Shown here: one piece after another, positions 9,556-18,826 of the stretch | Layout of the letters: every line of letters starts with the position of its first letter | Position numbering within the stretch: the stretch's first letter is position 1 | From: Candidatus Bathyarchaeia archaeon | GTDB taxonomy: Archaea; Thermoproteota; Bathyarchaeia; Bathyarchaeales; DTEX01 | Assembly: GCA_038817885.1 (NCBI GenBank) | Contig: JAWAZE010000002.1 | Coordinates: 13,862 to 77,861 of the forward strand | Direction of reading: 5' to 3' | Length of the DNA: 64,000 nucleotides | Program-made: the position numbers and the translations under genes | The notes under the pieces: model-generated | Told to the model about the DNA's origin: nothing | Databases searched by the model: none | Seen by the model: the letters and a program-made list of their open reading frames with translations, nothing else

Positions 9556-10998
9556 ATGCCGAAAAGCATAAACAATAGCTTGGAGACAAAGATTAAAAGC
9601 ATTTGCGAAGAGGTTCTTAAGAAGGTTACTCCAAGCGAGAAAGAGAGGGCCGAGACGTTAAAATTCTCTAGGTTTTTAGTTGAAGCCCTAAAAAAGGAGC
9701 TTTCAGCAGATGGTATCAGTGCAGAAGTTCAAATCGAGGGTTCTGTCGCAAAGGATACTTGGCTGGCTGGTGAGAAGGACATAGATATATTCGTATTGCT
9801 CCCGCCAGAATACGGCAGAGATGTTTTCCCCAGGGTTCTTAATGCTGCTAAAAGGATTTCTGGAGAAAATTATTTAGAGGCATATGCCGAGCACCCTTAT
9901 ATTGAAGCCTACATAGACGGCTTCAATATAAACTTCGTCCCATGCTTCATGGTTAAAAGTCCAGAGGAAGCAAAATCCTCAGTTGATAGAACGCCATTTC
10001 ATACACAATATATTAATAGTAAAATGAATGATGTCTTAAAGAATGAGATACGACTATTAAAAGCCTTTATGCATGGCATAAGTGTTTATGGCGCGGAGAT
10101 TAAAGTTGGTGGCTTCAGCGGATACCTTTGTGAACTCCTAGTCCTTTATTACGGCTCTTTCATAGGCATTTTAAGGGCAGCGTCAAAGTGGCATAGGGGC
10201 GAGGTCATAGACATTGAGAGATACTATAGGAGCCCGAATGAGGCTAAAAGAATATTCCAGAATGAGCCGCTCATAGTGGTTGATCCAGTTGATAAGGGCA
10301 GAAACGTTGCTTCCGCGGTTAGAATTAATAGGTTAAGCGAGTTTATTTTAGCCTCAAGACTTTTTCTCAAAAATCCCAGTATAAAGTTCTTTAACCCAAA
10401 AATTATAGAGCCCTATTCCGCTGATGACCTACTTAAAGTAATGAGTGAGAGGGGCTCAGCGATAATTTTCATCAAAACAGGCACGATAAAAGCTGCCCCG
10501 GATATACTCTGGGGCCAACTTTTTAGGTCGCAGAGGGCCCTACTAAACTTGATTAAGCATCTTAACTTTGAAGTTCTTAGAAGCGATGTTTGGAGCGACG
10601 AGAAGAGCTCTAACATGATTATTTTTGAATTATCCTCACGCTTCCTTCCGCCCATCGAGAGACACGTTGGGCCGCCAATAGACAAGATTGATAATTGTGA
10701 GGTGTTCCTAAAGAAGCATCTGGGCTCGAAGAATGTCTTCTCAGGCCCAAGGATCGAGGGGGATAGGCTAGTTGTCGAGAAGCGCAGGCGTTACACGGAT
10801 ATAGTTAAGCTCCTTAAGGATAATCTTGCCTCAGGGGGTGGGAGGGGGATTGGTGTCGCACGCTTAGTCGCCAAAGCCTTCTCAGAATCCTTAGAAGTAC
10901 TCGTTAACGAGGAAATACTAGATTTCTATTCCTCTAATATTGATTTTGCGCGATTTTTAACAGAGTACCTCGTTGGTAGGCCTAGGTGGCTCCTCTGA
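9556..10998 (+). CDS. cca: CCA-adding enzyme (archaeal class I tRNA nucleotidyltransferase)
   Basis: 480 aa. GSVAKDTWLAGEKDIDIFVL nucleotidyltransferase motif, VDRTPFHTQY, and the archaeal-length tail domain. Confidence 0.9.
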   Translation: MPKSINNSLETKIKSICEEVLKKVTPSEKERAETLKFSRFLVEALKKELSADGISAEVQIEGSVAKDTWLAGEKDIDIFVLLPPEYGRDVFPRVLNAAKRISGENYLEAYAEHPYIEAYIDGFNINFVPCFMVKSPEEAKSSVDRTPFHTQYINSKMNDVLKNEIRLLKAFMHGISVYGAEIKVGGFSGYLCELLVLYYGSFIGILRAASKWHRGEVIDIERYYRSPNEAKRIFQNEPLIVVDPVDKGRNVASAVRINRLSEFILASRLFLKNPSIKFFNPKIIEPYSADDLLKVMSERGSAIIFIKTGTIKAAPDILWGQLFRSQRALLNLIKHLNFEVLRSDVWSDEKSSNMIIFELSSRFLPPIERHVGPPIDKIDNCEVFLKKHLGSKNVFSGPRIEGDRLVVEKRRRYTDIVKLLKDNLASGGGRGIGVARLVAKAFSESLEVLVNEEILDFYSSNIDFARFLTEYLVGRPRWLL

Positions 10999-11009
10999 CT
11001 TAGGTATAA

Positions 11010-11792
11010 GTGGTGCCACTAATGGATTTTATTGTTCCAGTTAAGGAACTATTTGATGCCAAGTATGGGCATGTAATATGTTATCCAAGATATGATTTGG
11101 AGACGCTTAAGAAAAGGATAGAGGAGATAAGGGGGATGGGTATTAAAGCCATACTCTTCTCAGGGGACAAGATGATTGCTGGTGTTCCTGTTTTAGGTAA
11201 GGGCTGCGTTGGAATAGTTGTCGCAGCCATCTCCTGGAATAATCGCATGGTTGCACTGAAAATCCTTAGAACCGATGCTGAAGCCAATAGACTGCTCCAC
11301 GAGGCGGAGATGCTGCAAATAGCCAACAGCGTTAATGTTGGACCTAAGCTTTTAGGGTATAGTGAGAACTTCCTAGTGATGGAGCATATTAAGGGGGAGC
11401 TCATCACAAGGTGGGTTGAGGGGCTAAGCGGTGATAAAGAGATTACTTTTAGGAGACTCAGCGTGGTGCTGAGAGATATTCTCGAGCAATGTTGGAGACT
11501 CGATTCAATTGGCTTAGATCATGGGGAGCTAGGATGGGCGGACAAACACATAATTATTGACGCCTACGATAAGCCTTATATACTGGATTTTGAGACGGCG
11601 AGCAATAGAAGAAGGACTATAAATGTAACCTCCATAAGCCAATACCTATTCATTAAAGGCAGAACCGCGGAAATAATTGCCCAAAAGTTTAGGCGCATAA
11701 ACGCGAGCGACCTTATTCAAGCCCTAAGAAAATATAAGGCTGAACAAACCAGAGAACGATTTGAGTTAATTCTAAGGATCGTAGGCTTATAG
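11010..11792 (+). CDS. Predicted Ser/Thr protein kinase-like protein (small archaeal RIO-related type)
   Basis: 260 aa. GKGCVGIVV glycine loop, VALKILR lysine, and HGELGWADKHIIID...ILDFETAS catalytic/DFG-like region. Confidence 0.6.
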   Translation: MVPLMDFIVPVKELFDAKYGHVICYPRYDLETLKKRIEEIRGMGIKAILFSGDKMIAGVPVLGKGCVGIVVAAISWNNRMVALKILRTDAEANRLLHEAEMLQIANSVNVGPKLLGYSENFLVMEHIKGELITRWVEGLSGDKEITFRRLSVVLRDILEQCWRLDSIGLDHGELGWADKHIIIDAYDKPYILDFETASNRRRTINVTSISQYLFIKGRTAEIIAQKFRRINASDLIQALRKYKAEQTRERFELILRIVGL

Positions 11793-11869
11793 CTTAAGGT
11801 TTATGTTGCCTTTCATATTAGAGGCAACTGCATTAATTTTTCTAAAAGCCGTCATTCAGACCTTAAAAC

Positions 11870-12073
11870 CTAGGAGGTCTCTCTTATTTCGCATTTTATC
11901 TGCTTCAATAATTCCTCAGCCTTAGCAGGGTCAACCTTCAGTGTATATAGCATCCTTTGGGTTCTAAGCTTTAGCTTAACAATATTCTCCTTCTTTAATC
12001 TCTTTACTATACAATACTTCGCCTTCTCAGATAACTCTATAAATTTCTTAGCATCGGAAATCTCAGCTGGCAT
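11870..12073 (-). CDS. rpl38e: Ribosomal protein eL38
   Basis: 67 aa. MPAEISDAKKFIELSEKAKYCIVKRLKKENIVKLKLRTQRMLYTLKVDPAKAEEL aligns by eye with eukaryotic/crenarchaeal L38e. Confidence 0.8.
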   Translation of the reverse strand: MPAEISDAKKFIELSEKAKYCIVKRLKKENIVKLKLRTQRMLYTLKVDPAKAEELLKQIKCEIRETS

Positions 12074-12142
12074 GCACCAGGCACCCCCTTTAACAGCCTA
12101 TAAAAAAGCGAGTTAACTAATAAATATCTTTTGACTCTAACA

Positions 12143-12478
12143 TCACTTAGCCTCATGATTCAGTACGGCCTTAATTATTTCCCTGTAAAGGCGCATATCC
12201 GAGACGTTCACTACTGGTATTTGCGCCCCCTTCTCGATCTCTAGAATCCTGTTATATTTTGGGAAGCTTGCGTAACAGAGCTGGCTTATATAAAATTCGC
12301 CCTTCTCAATTTCATGCTCGATAGACTTATCATAAACCTCCAAGCATAGAAGGTAGCCATCAACCCAAAATATCCTACTCGCATTGAACGTTATGGCGCA
12401 AAAACCAATGTTCTCAGGCTCACGTTTATCAAGACCCAAAATAATTATCTTCCTCGTTGGCCTAATATCGACTTCCAA
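12143..12478 (-). CDS. Hypothetical protein
   Basis: 111-aa ORF with no competing ORF. No motif I recognise. Confidence 0.4.
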   Translation of the reverse strand: MEVDIRPTRKIIILGLDKREPENIGFCAITFNASRIFWVDGYLLCLEVYDKSIEHEIEKGEFYISQLCYASFPKYNRILEIEKGAQIPVVNVSDMRLYREIIKAVLNHEAK

Positions 12479-12724
12479 CCTTTTTCACCATAAATCTCGC
12501 TCAGGTTCACACTCAACTAAAAATAGAGCTATTTGAACTTATATGTTAAAATCCTGAATTTTGCCAGAGCTGACGTCGTTATCCACTCCCAATAAAGAGA
12601 GACCTTATCTTTAGCCCTACCCCACTACCCTAAAAGCTATTGCTTCCGTAGAACCCCTTCAGCGGACTATTCAAAATAACTAAACTTGATGCGCGAAGCA
12701 AACAAGGGGCTTAAACCAAAATTA

Positions 12725-12825
12725 TGGTGGGCCGGGCCGGACTCGAACCGGCGATCTTCGCCGTTCTCAATTAATTAACATCCGCCTTGTGAGGGCGACG
12801 TCCTAACCAGCTAGACCACCGGCCC
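12725..12825 (-). tRNA. tRNA-Val (anticodon CAC) with a 24-nt intron and genomically encoded CCA
   Basis: Reverse complement reads GGGCCGG TG GTCT AGCTGGTT AGGAC G TCGCC CTCACA[intron]C GGCGA AGATC GCCGG TTCGAGT CCGGC CCGGCCC A CCA. All four stems pair. T-loop is TTCGAGT and the anticodon loop is CU-CAC-AC after intron removal. Confidence 0.85.
12764..12787 (-). other. tRNA intron at canonical 37/38 position, bulge-helix-bulge type
   Basis: Intron AGGCGGAUGUUAAUUAAUUGAGAA. Anticodon-loop CUCA pairs with intronic UGAG to form the central 4-bp helix. It is flanked by 3-nt bulges (CA|A and AA|C) next to the UCGCC/GGCGA stem. Confidence 0.7.
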
Positions 12826-13126
12826 AACCTAAAAATTTATACTCAATTTATTTTTCTTATATTTTTCGGGTTCTCTGAGGTGTTTTTCCTTAAGGTAATT
12901 TTAAGTGGCGTCGTATTTATTCTCTTAGATTTTCTTGGCATCTCTAAAGATTAATTTTCCACTTTGTTTTAGTGGAGTTTCCGTCTCCTGAAGTCTCTTT
13001 AAAGATTACAAGCGGATATATAATATGGACTAAAAGCTCCTTTTTTATTTCTTAGCCATCTTCGGCTAAATGGGGAAAAGTCTATATATCTCCCTCCTAT
13101 CGCTAATTTAAGATTAAGATGCGTCT

Positions 13127-13140
13127 TGAAGCTAGCTTCA
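13127..13140. promoter_or_regulatory. Perfect 14-bp palindrome TGAAGCTAGCTTCA 20 nt upstream of the MATE gene start; candidate operator
   Basis: Read directly from sequence. Zero-spacer 7+7 palindrome in a 334-nt intergenic region. No regulator can be assigned. Confidence 0.25.
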
Positions 13141-13159
13141 GGTAATATGAGGGAGCAAT

Positions 13160-14563
13160 ATGGTTGAGGAGGTTGAAGCGCCGTTAGATTTGCATGAGGT
13201 AAGCAGGTATAGGGATAAGATTGTTAATGGCCCTATTATAAGGACATTTTTTTGGCTTGGTTTTCCTCCGCTATTAAATCAGCTTGTCCTCATAGCATAT
13301 AATGTTGCCGATACCTACTGGCTTAGCCGCTATAATGAGTTGTCTGTTTCAGTCCCTAGACAGGTTTTTCCAGTTATTATGCTTTTTCAAGCTCTTGTGA
13401 TGGCTACGAATACAGCATGCCTAAGTATAATTTCACAGTATATTGGCGCGAGGGCCTACAGGAATGCGAGCACCGAAGCTTCAAGGTTCTTTACCGTGGC
13501 CTGCATCACAGGGGTAACCCTAAACATAACGCTCCTAATTCTTAGAGAGCGGATTTTCTCTTGGCTAATATTTACTCCACCCGAAATATTTGGTGAGGTT
13601 ATGGCTTTCTCAGCCATCACCGCCTTCGACGTGCTCTTTATGGCTATAGCATTTACCCTCACCACCCTGCTTCAAAGTTTGGGGGACACTAAATGGCCGG
13701 CCACAATTAACATAATAAGTGTTGTAATTAATGTGGTGTTAGATCCTTTTCTTGTTTTAGGCATAGGTCCTTTTCCCCGCCTGGGGGTTCTCGGCGCCGC
13801 CATCACAGACGTTATGGGGAAAATCCTATCGATTATCGGTCAAACTTTTATACTTAGAAAGAGCTATCCAATGTTAAGGCTTAGATTTACAAGAGACTTG
13901 AATCTTGAGTGGGCTAAGGTTGCTTTGAGGATAGGTTTTCCCGTCTTATCTTTTGGCTTATTGAACGGATTTGCATTTATTTTGCAGCAGAGACTTGTTA
14001 ATATGCTGGGCATAATTGTTGCAACCGCGTTTTCTATAGGCTTTGTAATAATACAAATTGTTGATGGCATGCTTTTCGGATTATGTCAAGCTACCGCCAT
14101 AATAGTGGGGCAAAGTCTTGGAGCATCTAACTCCAAGAGGGCGAGGGATGCGGCTTTCAAGACAACAGCTATTGTGTTTATGCTCGTTGCGATAGGGGCA
14201 ATTATTGTCCACCCACTTAAGCGGTCAATAATAAGCATCTTCGCAAGCAACCTAGACATAATTGAAGAAACAGAACGCTTCTTATCTATAGTGCTACCAT
14301 CACTCCCATTCTTTGGAATGTGCATAAACATCATGTCTATTGGGAGGGGATCAGGCCACACAGCAATACCAACAACCATCGAAATATTAAGGATATGGGC
14401 GGTAAGAATAGCGCTAGGATACTTTCTTGCGTTTATAGCTGGCATGAACTCAATGGGCCTTTGGCTGCCGCTCTCATTAAGCAACATCGTGGGGGGAGTG
14501 GCCCTCGTCATCTGGACAAAATATGGAAAGTGGGATAAGGCTATAATAAAAGTAGAAAAATAG
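13160..14563 (+). CDS. MATE family efflux transporter
   Basis: 467 aa, about 12 predicted TM helices with two-fold internal repeat. N-terminal PPLLNQLVLIAYNVADTYWLS is typical of MatE. Confidence 0.85.
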   Translation: MVEEVEAPLDLHEVSRYRDKIVNGPIIRTFFWLGFPPLLNQLVLIAYNVADTYWLSRYNELSVSVPRQVFPVIMLFQALVMATNTACLSIISQYIGARAYRNASTEASRFFTVACITGVTLNITLLILRERIFSWLIFTPPEIFGEVMAFSAITAFDVLFMAIAFTLTTLLQSLGDTKWPATINIISVVINVVLDPFLVLGIGPFPRLGVLGAAITDVMGKILSIIGQTFILRKSYPMLRLRFTRDLNLEWAKVALRIGFPVLSFGLLNGFAFILQQRLVNMLGIIVATAFSIGFVIIQIVDGMLFGLCQATAIIVGQSLGASNSKRARDAAFKTTAIVFMLVAIGAIIVHPLKRSIISIFASNLDIIEETERFLSIVLPSLPFFGMCINIMSIGRGSGHTAIPTTIEILRIWAVRIALGYFLAFIAGMNSMGLWLPLSLSNIVGGVALVIWTKYGKWDKAIIKVEK

Positions 14564-14673
14564 TAAATATTGTCCTTTTATAGCGTCCTATACTCTTAGA
14601 ATGCCTAGATGGTTAGATAAGGTGAAAGGATTATGGAGGGGATGAGACGGGCGATGAGGGTTGAGCGTTAATC

Positions 14674-15747
14674 CTAAATTACCTTTACTGATGCTGCCTT
14701 AAACGCTATGAAGACACGTGCGCCCAATTTTAACTTCATTTCCTCAAGGGATTTCCTCGTTATCTTTACTGTGAATTCCTTCCCGCCATCAATCCTAACT
14801 TTAACTTTAACGACGTTCCCCTCATCAATTATCTCAGATATTTTTCCCTCAAAAACGTTTCTAGCGCTTGTCGATACTTTTTCAGCGAGGAGCGTTATGC
14901 TTTCTGGCGGCACATAGATCCGCAGGGGCCCGGTTTTCATGAAAGCCGCTTCAATTCTCAATCCATCACCGATCTCTATAACCGAGGTGCCGTATTCAGT
15001 TGTTCTTGAGAGACCCGAGAAAACATTTTCCAGTCTCATGTATTCCGAGAGCTCGTCAATTGAGCCGATTAATACTTCATTTGGAGGGCCGACCTTAATT
15101 ATCCTCCCCCTATTTAGTATCGCTATGCGCTTGGCCAGATTTCTCACCTCTTGAAGATCATGTGAAGCCATTATAATCGTTATCTTCCCCCGCCTATTGA
15201 TGTCTACGAGGACCTCCTCAATTATTGATGTGCTTCTCGGATCTAGGTTTGATGTCGGCTCATCCAGGAGCAGAAGGCGTGGCTCTGTCACAAGGGTTTG
15301 CGCTAAGGAGACCCTCTGCATCTCACCGCCGGAGAGCTTAAGTGCATTCCTCTCCTCAAAACCTCTCAATTGGAGGAGATCAATAGCATCTTTAACTCTC
15401 TCCTTAATCTCCTGAGATCGTAAGCCCCTAACCTTTAGCCCATAGGCAATATTGTCAAAAACACTCGCATTAAATAATATTGGTTTCTGCGGCACAAACC
15501 CGATTCTTCTGCGGAGCACATGTAGATCTGACCTAGAATAGTCGACTCTTTCACCGTTAAGCCAAACCTCCCCGCTGCTCGGTTCCTCTAGCAAACTAAG
15601 TATCCTTAGTAGCGTCGTTTTTCCAGCACCATTTGGACCTACTAGGGCAAGGAAATCGCTATGTTGAACGCTGAAATTAACACTACTTAAGACCACTTTC
15701 CCATAAAATTCTTTGGAGACGTTACGTACATCAACATGAGCAGTCAT
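14674..15747 (-). CDS. ABC transporter ATP-binding protein with C-terminal TOBE/Mop-like domain (tungstate/molybdate type)
   Basis: 357 aa. Walker A GPNGAGKTT, signature LSGGEMQRV, Walker B LLLDEPTS. C-terminal beta-rich VFEGKISEIIDEGNVVKVKVRIDGGKEFTVKITR resembles a TOBE domain. Confidence 0.8.
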   Translation of the reverse strand: MTAHVDVRNVSKEFYGKVVLSSVNFSVQHSDFLALVGPNGAGKTTLLRILSLLEEPSSGEVWLNGERVDYSRSDLHVLRRRIGFVPQKPILFNASVFDNIAYGLKVRGLRSQEIKERVKDAIDLLQLRGFEERNALKLSGGEMQRVSLAQTLVTEPRLLLLDEPTSNLDPRSTSIIEEVLVDINRRGKITIIMASHDLQEVRNLAKRIAILNRGRIIKVGPPNEVLIGSIDELSEYMRLENVFSGLSRTTEYGTSVIEIGDGLRIEAAFMKTGPLRIYVPPESITLLAEKVSTSARNVFEGKISEIIDEGNVVKVKVRIDGGKEFTVKITRKSLEEMKLKLGARVFIAFKAASVKVI

Positions 15748-15759
15748 ATTGGACCCTAT

Positions 15760-17397
15760 CTAAACAGCCTTTCTACCTTTAATCTGCATTATTGTTAATG
15801 CTAAATTTATTGCGAAGGCTATGCTTAGAAGTATTATTCCGAGGGTTAATGCCATCTCAAAGTTTCCGAGCTCAACCTCAGTTATTATAGCTGTCGTTAG
15901 GGTTCTCGTAAACCATCTTATATTTCCCCCAGCGATCATTATTCCGCCGACCTCAGATATGGCTGCACCAAAGGCAACTATTACAGCCGTTATAATACCG
16001 CCCCTAGCCTCCCTAATAACTATCCATGCGGCCTGCCTCTCAGTTGCGCCAAGAGATAGCGCTCTCTCCCTAACTGCCTCATCAACTTCAGCTACAGCTG
16101 ACATTGTGACCCCAACGACTATTGGCGTGACAAGTATTACTTGGGTTATAACCATCGCTGTAGGCGTGTAAAGTAAACCTAGGAAGCCGAGGGGCCCAGA
16201 CCTACTAAATACTAGGAAGATAATTAGCCCGGCTACAACCGGCGGTAGACCCATAAGCGTATTCATGGATGTCTTAACGGTAACCTCAACCAGCCTTGAG
16301 AGGGCTCTCCTTCTACTAAAGCGTCTAAGGCCGAGTAGGGCGCCCACCGGTATACCTATAGCAGACCCTATGGCAACTGAGAGAAGCGAAACTTGGAGGG
16401 ATAATGCGGTTATATTTAGGACTTCCCAGGTAAATGTTCTCTGAAAGATCTCCCCTTGAAAAGATTCTCCATAAGCTTCTTGACTTAAATACCAGTTGAG
16501 CTCCTCCGCCTGTTTTGGATAACCCATTTCCCTGGCCAATTCGATCTCCCATGCAAGGGGCTTAAAGAGAGAACCGCCATCCCCTCTAAAGTCCTCAATT
16601 AATTCCTGCCCACTTTTAGAGAGTAAAAATCTCGCTAGCATTATAGCACCCCTATAGTTTACGTGCAGTTTTCTCTCAGGGTTAACTAGTATTATGCTAT
16701 AGGGGTTATGAAGTGGTGGATCGCACTCAACCAGCACAGTTAATTTATTCAGCCGACTTTTATGTGAGAGCCATGTTGCCTTATCAACAATAGTGTATGC
16801 GCCCATCTCATCAGCCATTCTCAGAAGCGAACCCATTCCACGGTTAGCCTCAATATACCATGAATCAACGCTTGAGGTGGGCGTCATATTTATGTTTCGC
16901 CATATATTCAGCTCCATGACATGGGTTCCGGACATATCGGCCCTTGAGATAAACTTTAGCCTTTTCTCAGATATCCTGCGAAAAGCTTCGGCTGCGCTCT
17001 TTAAGCCACGTATTCCAGCCGGATCATCAACTGGACCAACGATGATGAATTCGTTGTACATTAGGCCTATCCTATGGATCCCAAAGCCGCTCTCAATAAA
17101 ACTGATCTCTTGATCCCTTGAGTGTACAAGAACTACATCCGCCTCGCCCCTCTTAGCTATCTCTATAGCCTGCCCTGAACCAACCGATATGACTATGACC
17201 CTAAAGTTATACCTCTCCTCAAATACTGGTATGACCGCATCCAGCAGTCCGGAATCATATACACTTGTGGTTGTGGCCAGCTTTATGATTGGCTTCTGGG
17301 CGGCCAGCAAGACATAAGCTAATAGAGTTAATGATAAAGTCACCGCTACCGCGATCACTAAGATTTTTATTAGTCTGGGCAAAAACCAAACCACCAC
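15760..17397 (-). CDS. Fused tungstate-type substrate-binding domain (TupA-like) and ABC permease (TupB-like)
   Basis: 545 aa. N-terminal signal anchor, then TTSVYDSGLLDAVIPVFEERYNFRVIVISVGSGQAIEIAKRGEADVVLVHS (TupA-like oxyanion-binding fold). The C-terminal half has about 5-6 TM helices and an ABC permease EAA-like loop (ERALSLGATERQAAWIV). Confidence 0.75.
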   Translation of the reverse strand: MVVWFLPRLIKILVIAVAVTLSLTLLAYVLLAAQKPIIKLATTTSVYDSGLLDAVIPVFEERYNFRVIVISVGSGQAIEIAKRGEADVVLVHSRDQEISFIESGFGIHRIGLMYNEFIIVGPVDDPAGIRGLKSAAEAFRRISEKRLKFISRADMSGTHVMELNIWRNINMTPTSSVDSWYIEANRGMGSLLRMADEMGAYTIVDKATWLSHKSRLNKLTVLVECDPPLHNPYSIILVNPERKLHVNYRGAIMLARFLLSKSGQELIEDFRGDGGSLFKPLAWEIELAREMGYPKQAEELNWYLSQEAYGESFQGEIFQRTFTWEVLNITALSLQVSLLSVAIGSAIGIPVGALLGLRRFSRRRALSRLVEVTVKTSMNTLMGLPPVVAGLIIFLVFSRSGPLGFLGLLYTPTAMVITQVILVTPIVVGVTMSAVAEVDEAVRERALSLGATERQAAWIVIREARGGIITAVIVAFGAAISEVGGIMIAGGNIRWFTRTLTTAIITEVELGNFEMALTLGIILLSIAFAINLALTIMQIKGRKAV

Positions 17398-17413
17398 AAT
17401 TGATTAGGGGGCT

Positions 17414-18676
17414 TTATGATAAAATCTTTTTTGAGGCTTCTTTGAGCTCATGTACGTTTTCCCTTATCTTCTCGATTGCATGCGCTACGTCATCTATATC
17501 CTCTCTAGATCCTAGTAGGACGTAATGCGGAATCCATAGCCCCTCATAATAGCATGCCCTCTCGGTGGCGGGCAGACTAACTTTAGAATAATCCACGTGT
17601 CTAGCATAATGGTGGCATGAAAGTGGGCACCTCTTAAAGTACTCTAGGTAAGCCTCCTTATAGAGAGGCTTAGAGTACCCGACGCTTACAGGTATCCCCT
17701 CGGCTTGGAGGGCATTGGCAATAACAGATTTTGGTATGCCGCTAAAGACCTCTGGATCAATCCTAAAAATATATAGGTGATATGGATTCCTTGTTACCCG
17801 CTCATCCTCCTTAAGGGTTTTAACACCATCAATTTTCGATAACCTACTGCTCAAGTACTTGGCATTTTCGACCCGCCTCTCCGTCTGCTCATCGAATCTC
17901 TCCATCTGGGCAAGGAGGATGGCCGCCTGAAACTCCGTCATCCGGTAATTCGACCCGGGGAGATAATGCTCGTACCATGCTTTATCTGGCAATCTACCAC
18001 AATTGTGTAGGGACCAAGCCTTAACGTATAGGTCTCCGTCATTCGTTACTATTATGCCACCCTCTCCACTAGTAATGTTCTTGCTTGATTGGAAGCTAAA
18101 TGCTCCTATATTGCCTATTGCGCCAACCCTCCGCCCTCTCCACTCAGCGCCCCATGCTTGGCATGCATCCTCAACTATATGTAAATCCTCTCTTTTAGCG
18201 ATGGATATGAGGGAGTCCATGTCGGCTGGCCTACCGCCAATATGGACTGGAATAATAGCCTTAGTCTTATCGGATATCATGGATTCAACGCTCTTCGGAT
18301 CAATAGTGTAAGTTTCTGGATCTATATCGGCGAAAATCGGGACAGCATTCACGTAGAGGACCGCTATTGCCGTCGCCATGAAGGTATATGCCGGAACTAT
18401 CACCTCATCCCCGCATCCTATACCGAGAGCTCTAAGCGATATCTCAAGGGCTGCTGTACCATTTACGACTGCAATGCCGTGCTTAGCGTGTTGATAAGCG
18501 GCGAAGCGCTCCTCAAACTCCCTCTTCCTTTGGCCGCCAACCCCCCAAAACCCACTCTTGAGAACGCTTAATAGAGCTTCGGCTTCCCTGTCGTCGAAGA
18601 ACGGCCACCTTGGGAAGGGCTTCTTTCTAACCGGCTCTCCGCCAAGCAGGGCGAGCTTAGCCAACCGCAACACCAT
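17414..18676 (-). CDS. DegT/DnrJ/EryC1/StrS family PLP-dependent aminotransferase (sugar aminotransferase/dehydratase type)
   Basis: 420 aa. VVNGTAALEISLRALGIGCGDEVIVPAYTF and SFQSSKNITSGEGG (PLP lysine). Confidence 0.85.
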   Translation of the reverse strand: MVLRLAKLALLGGEPVRKKPFPRWPFFDDREAEALLSVLKSGFWGVGGQRKREFEERFAAYQHAKHGIAVVNGTAALEISLRALGIGCGDEVIVPAYTFMATAIAVLYVNAVPIFADIDPETYTIDPKSVESMISDKTKAIIPVHIGGRPADMDSLISIAKREDLHIVEDACQAWGAEWRGRRVGAIGNIGAFSFQSSKNITSGEGGIIVTNDGDLYVKAWSLHNCGRLPDKAWYEHYLPGSNYRMTEFQAAILLAQMERFDEQTERRVENAKYLSSRLSKIDGVKTLKEDERVTRNPYHLYIFRIDPEVFSGIPKSVIANALQAEGIPVSVGYSKPLYKEAYLEYFKRCPLSCHHYARHVDYSKVSLPATERACYYEGLWIPHYVLLGSREDIDDVAHAIEKIRENVHELKEASKKILS

Positions 18677-18826
18677 CTAAATCTAATATTAGCAGTCTTG
18701 AAAAATAAGTTATGAAGGCCCAATCAATTATATTTTATCATGATGGGGGAATTAGAGCATATCGGTTTGGCAAATCTCAGGTCATATTTAAATATCGTTG
18801 AGTGAAGTCTTCTTGATGGTCTGCTA

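Noticed and set aside
11806-11829. Stem-loop GTTGCC-N12-GGCAAC followed by a T-run, just after the kinase-like gene. Considered as a terminator.
   Set aside because: Archaeal termination relies mainly on oligo-T tracts. A 6-bp stem with a 12-nt loop is weak evidence, so I do not report it as a feature.
12958-12976. Hairpin-capable TCCACT-N7-AGTGGA, superficially similar to the TCCA..TGGA core of archaeal ORB elements.
   Set aside because: It is a single copy with the wrong spacing for an ORB dyad and has no origin context.
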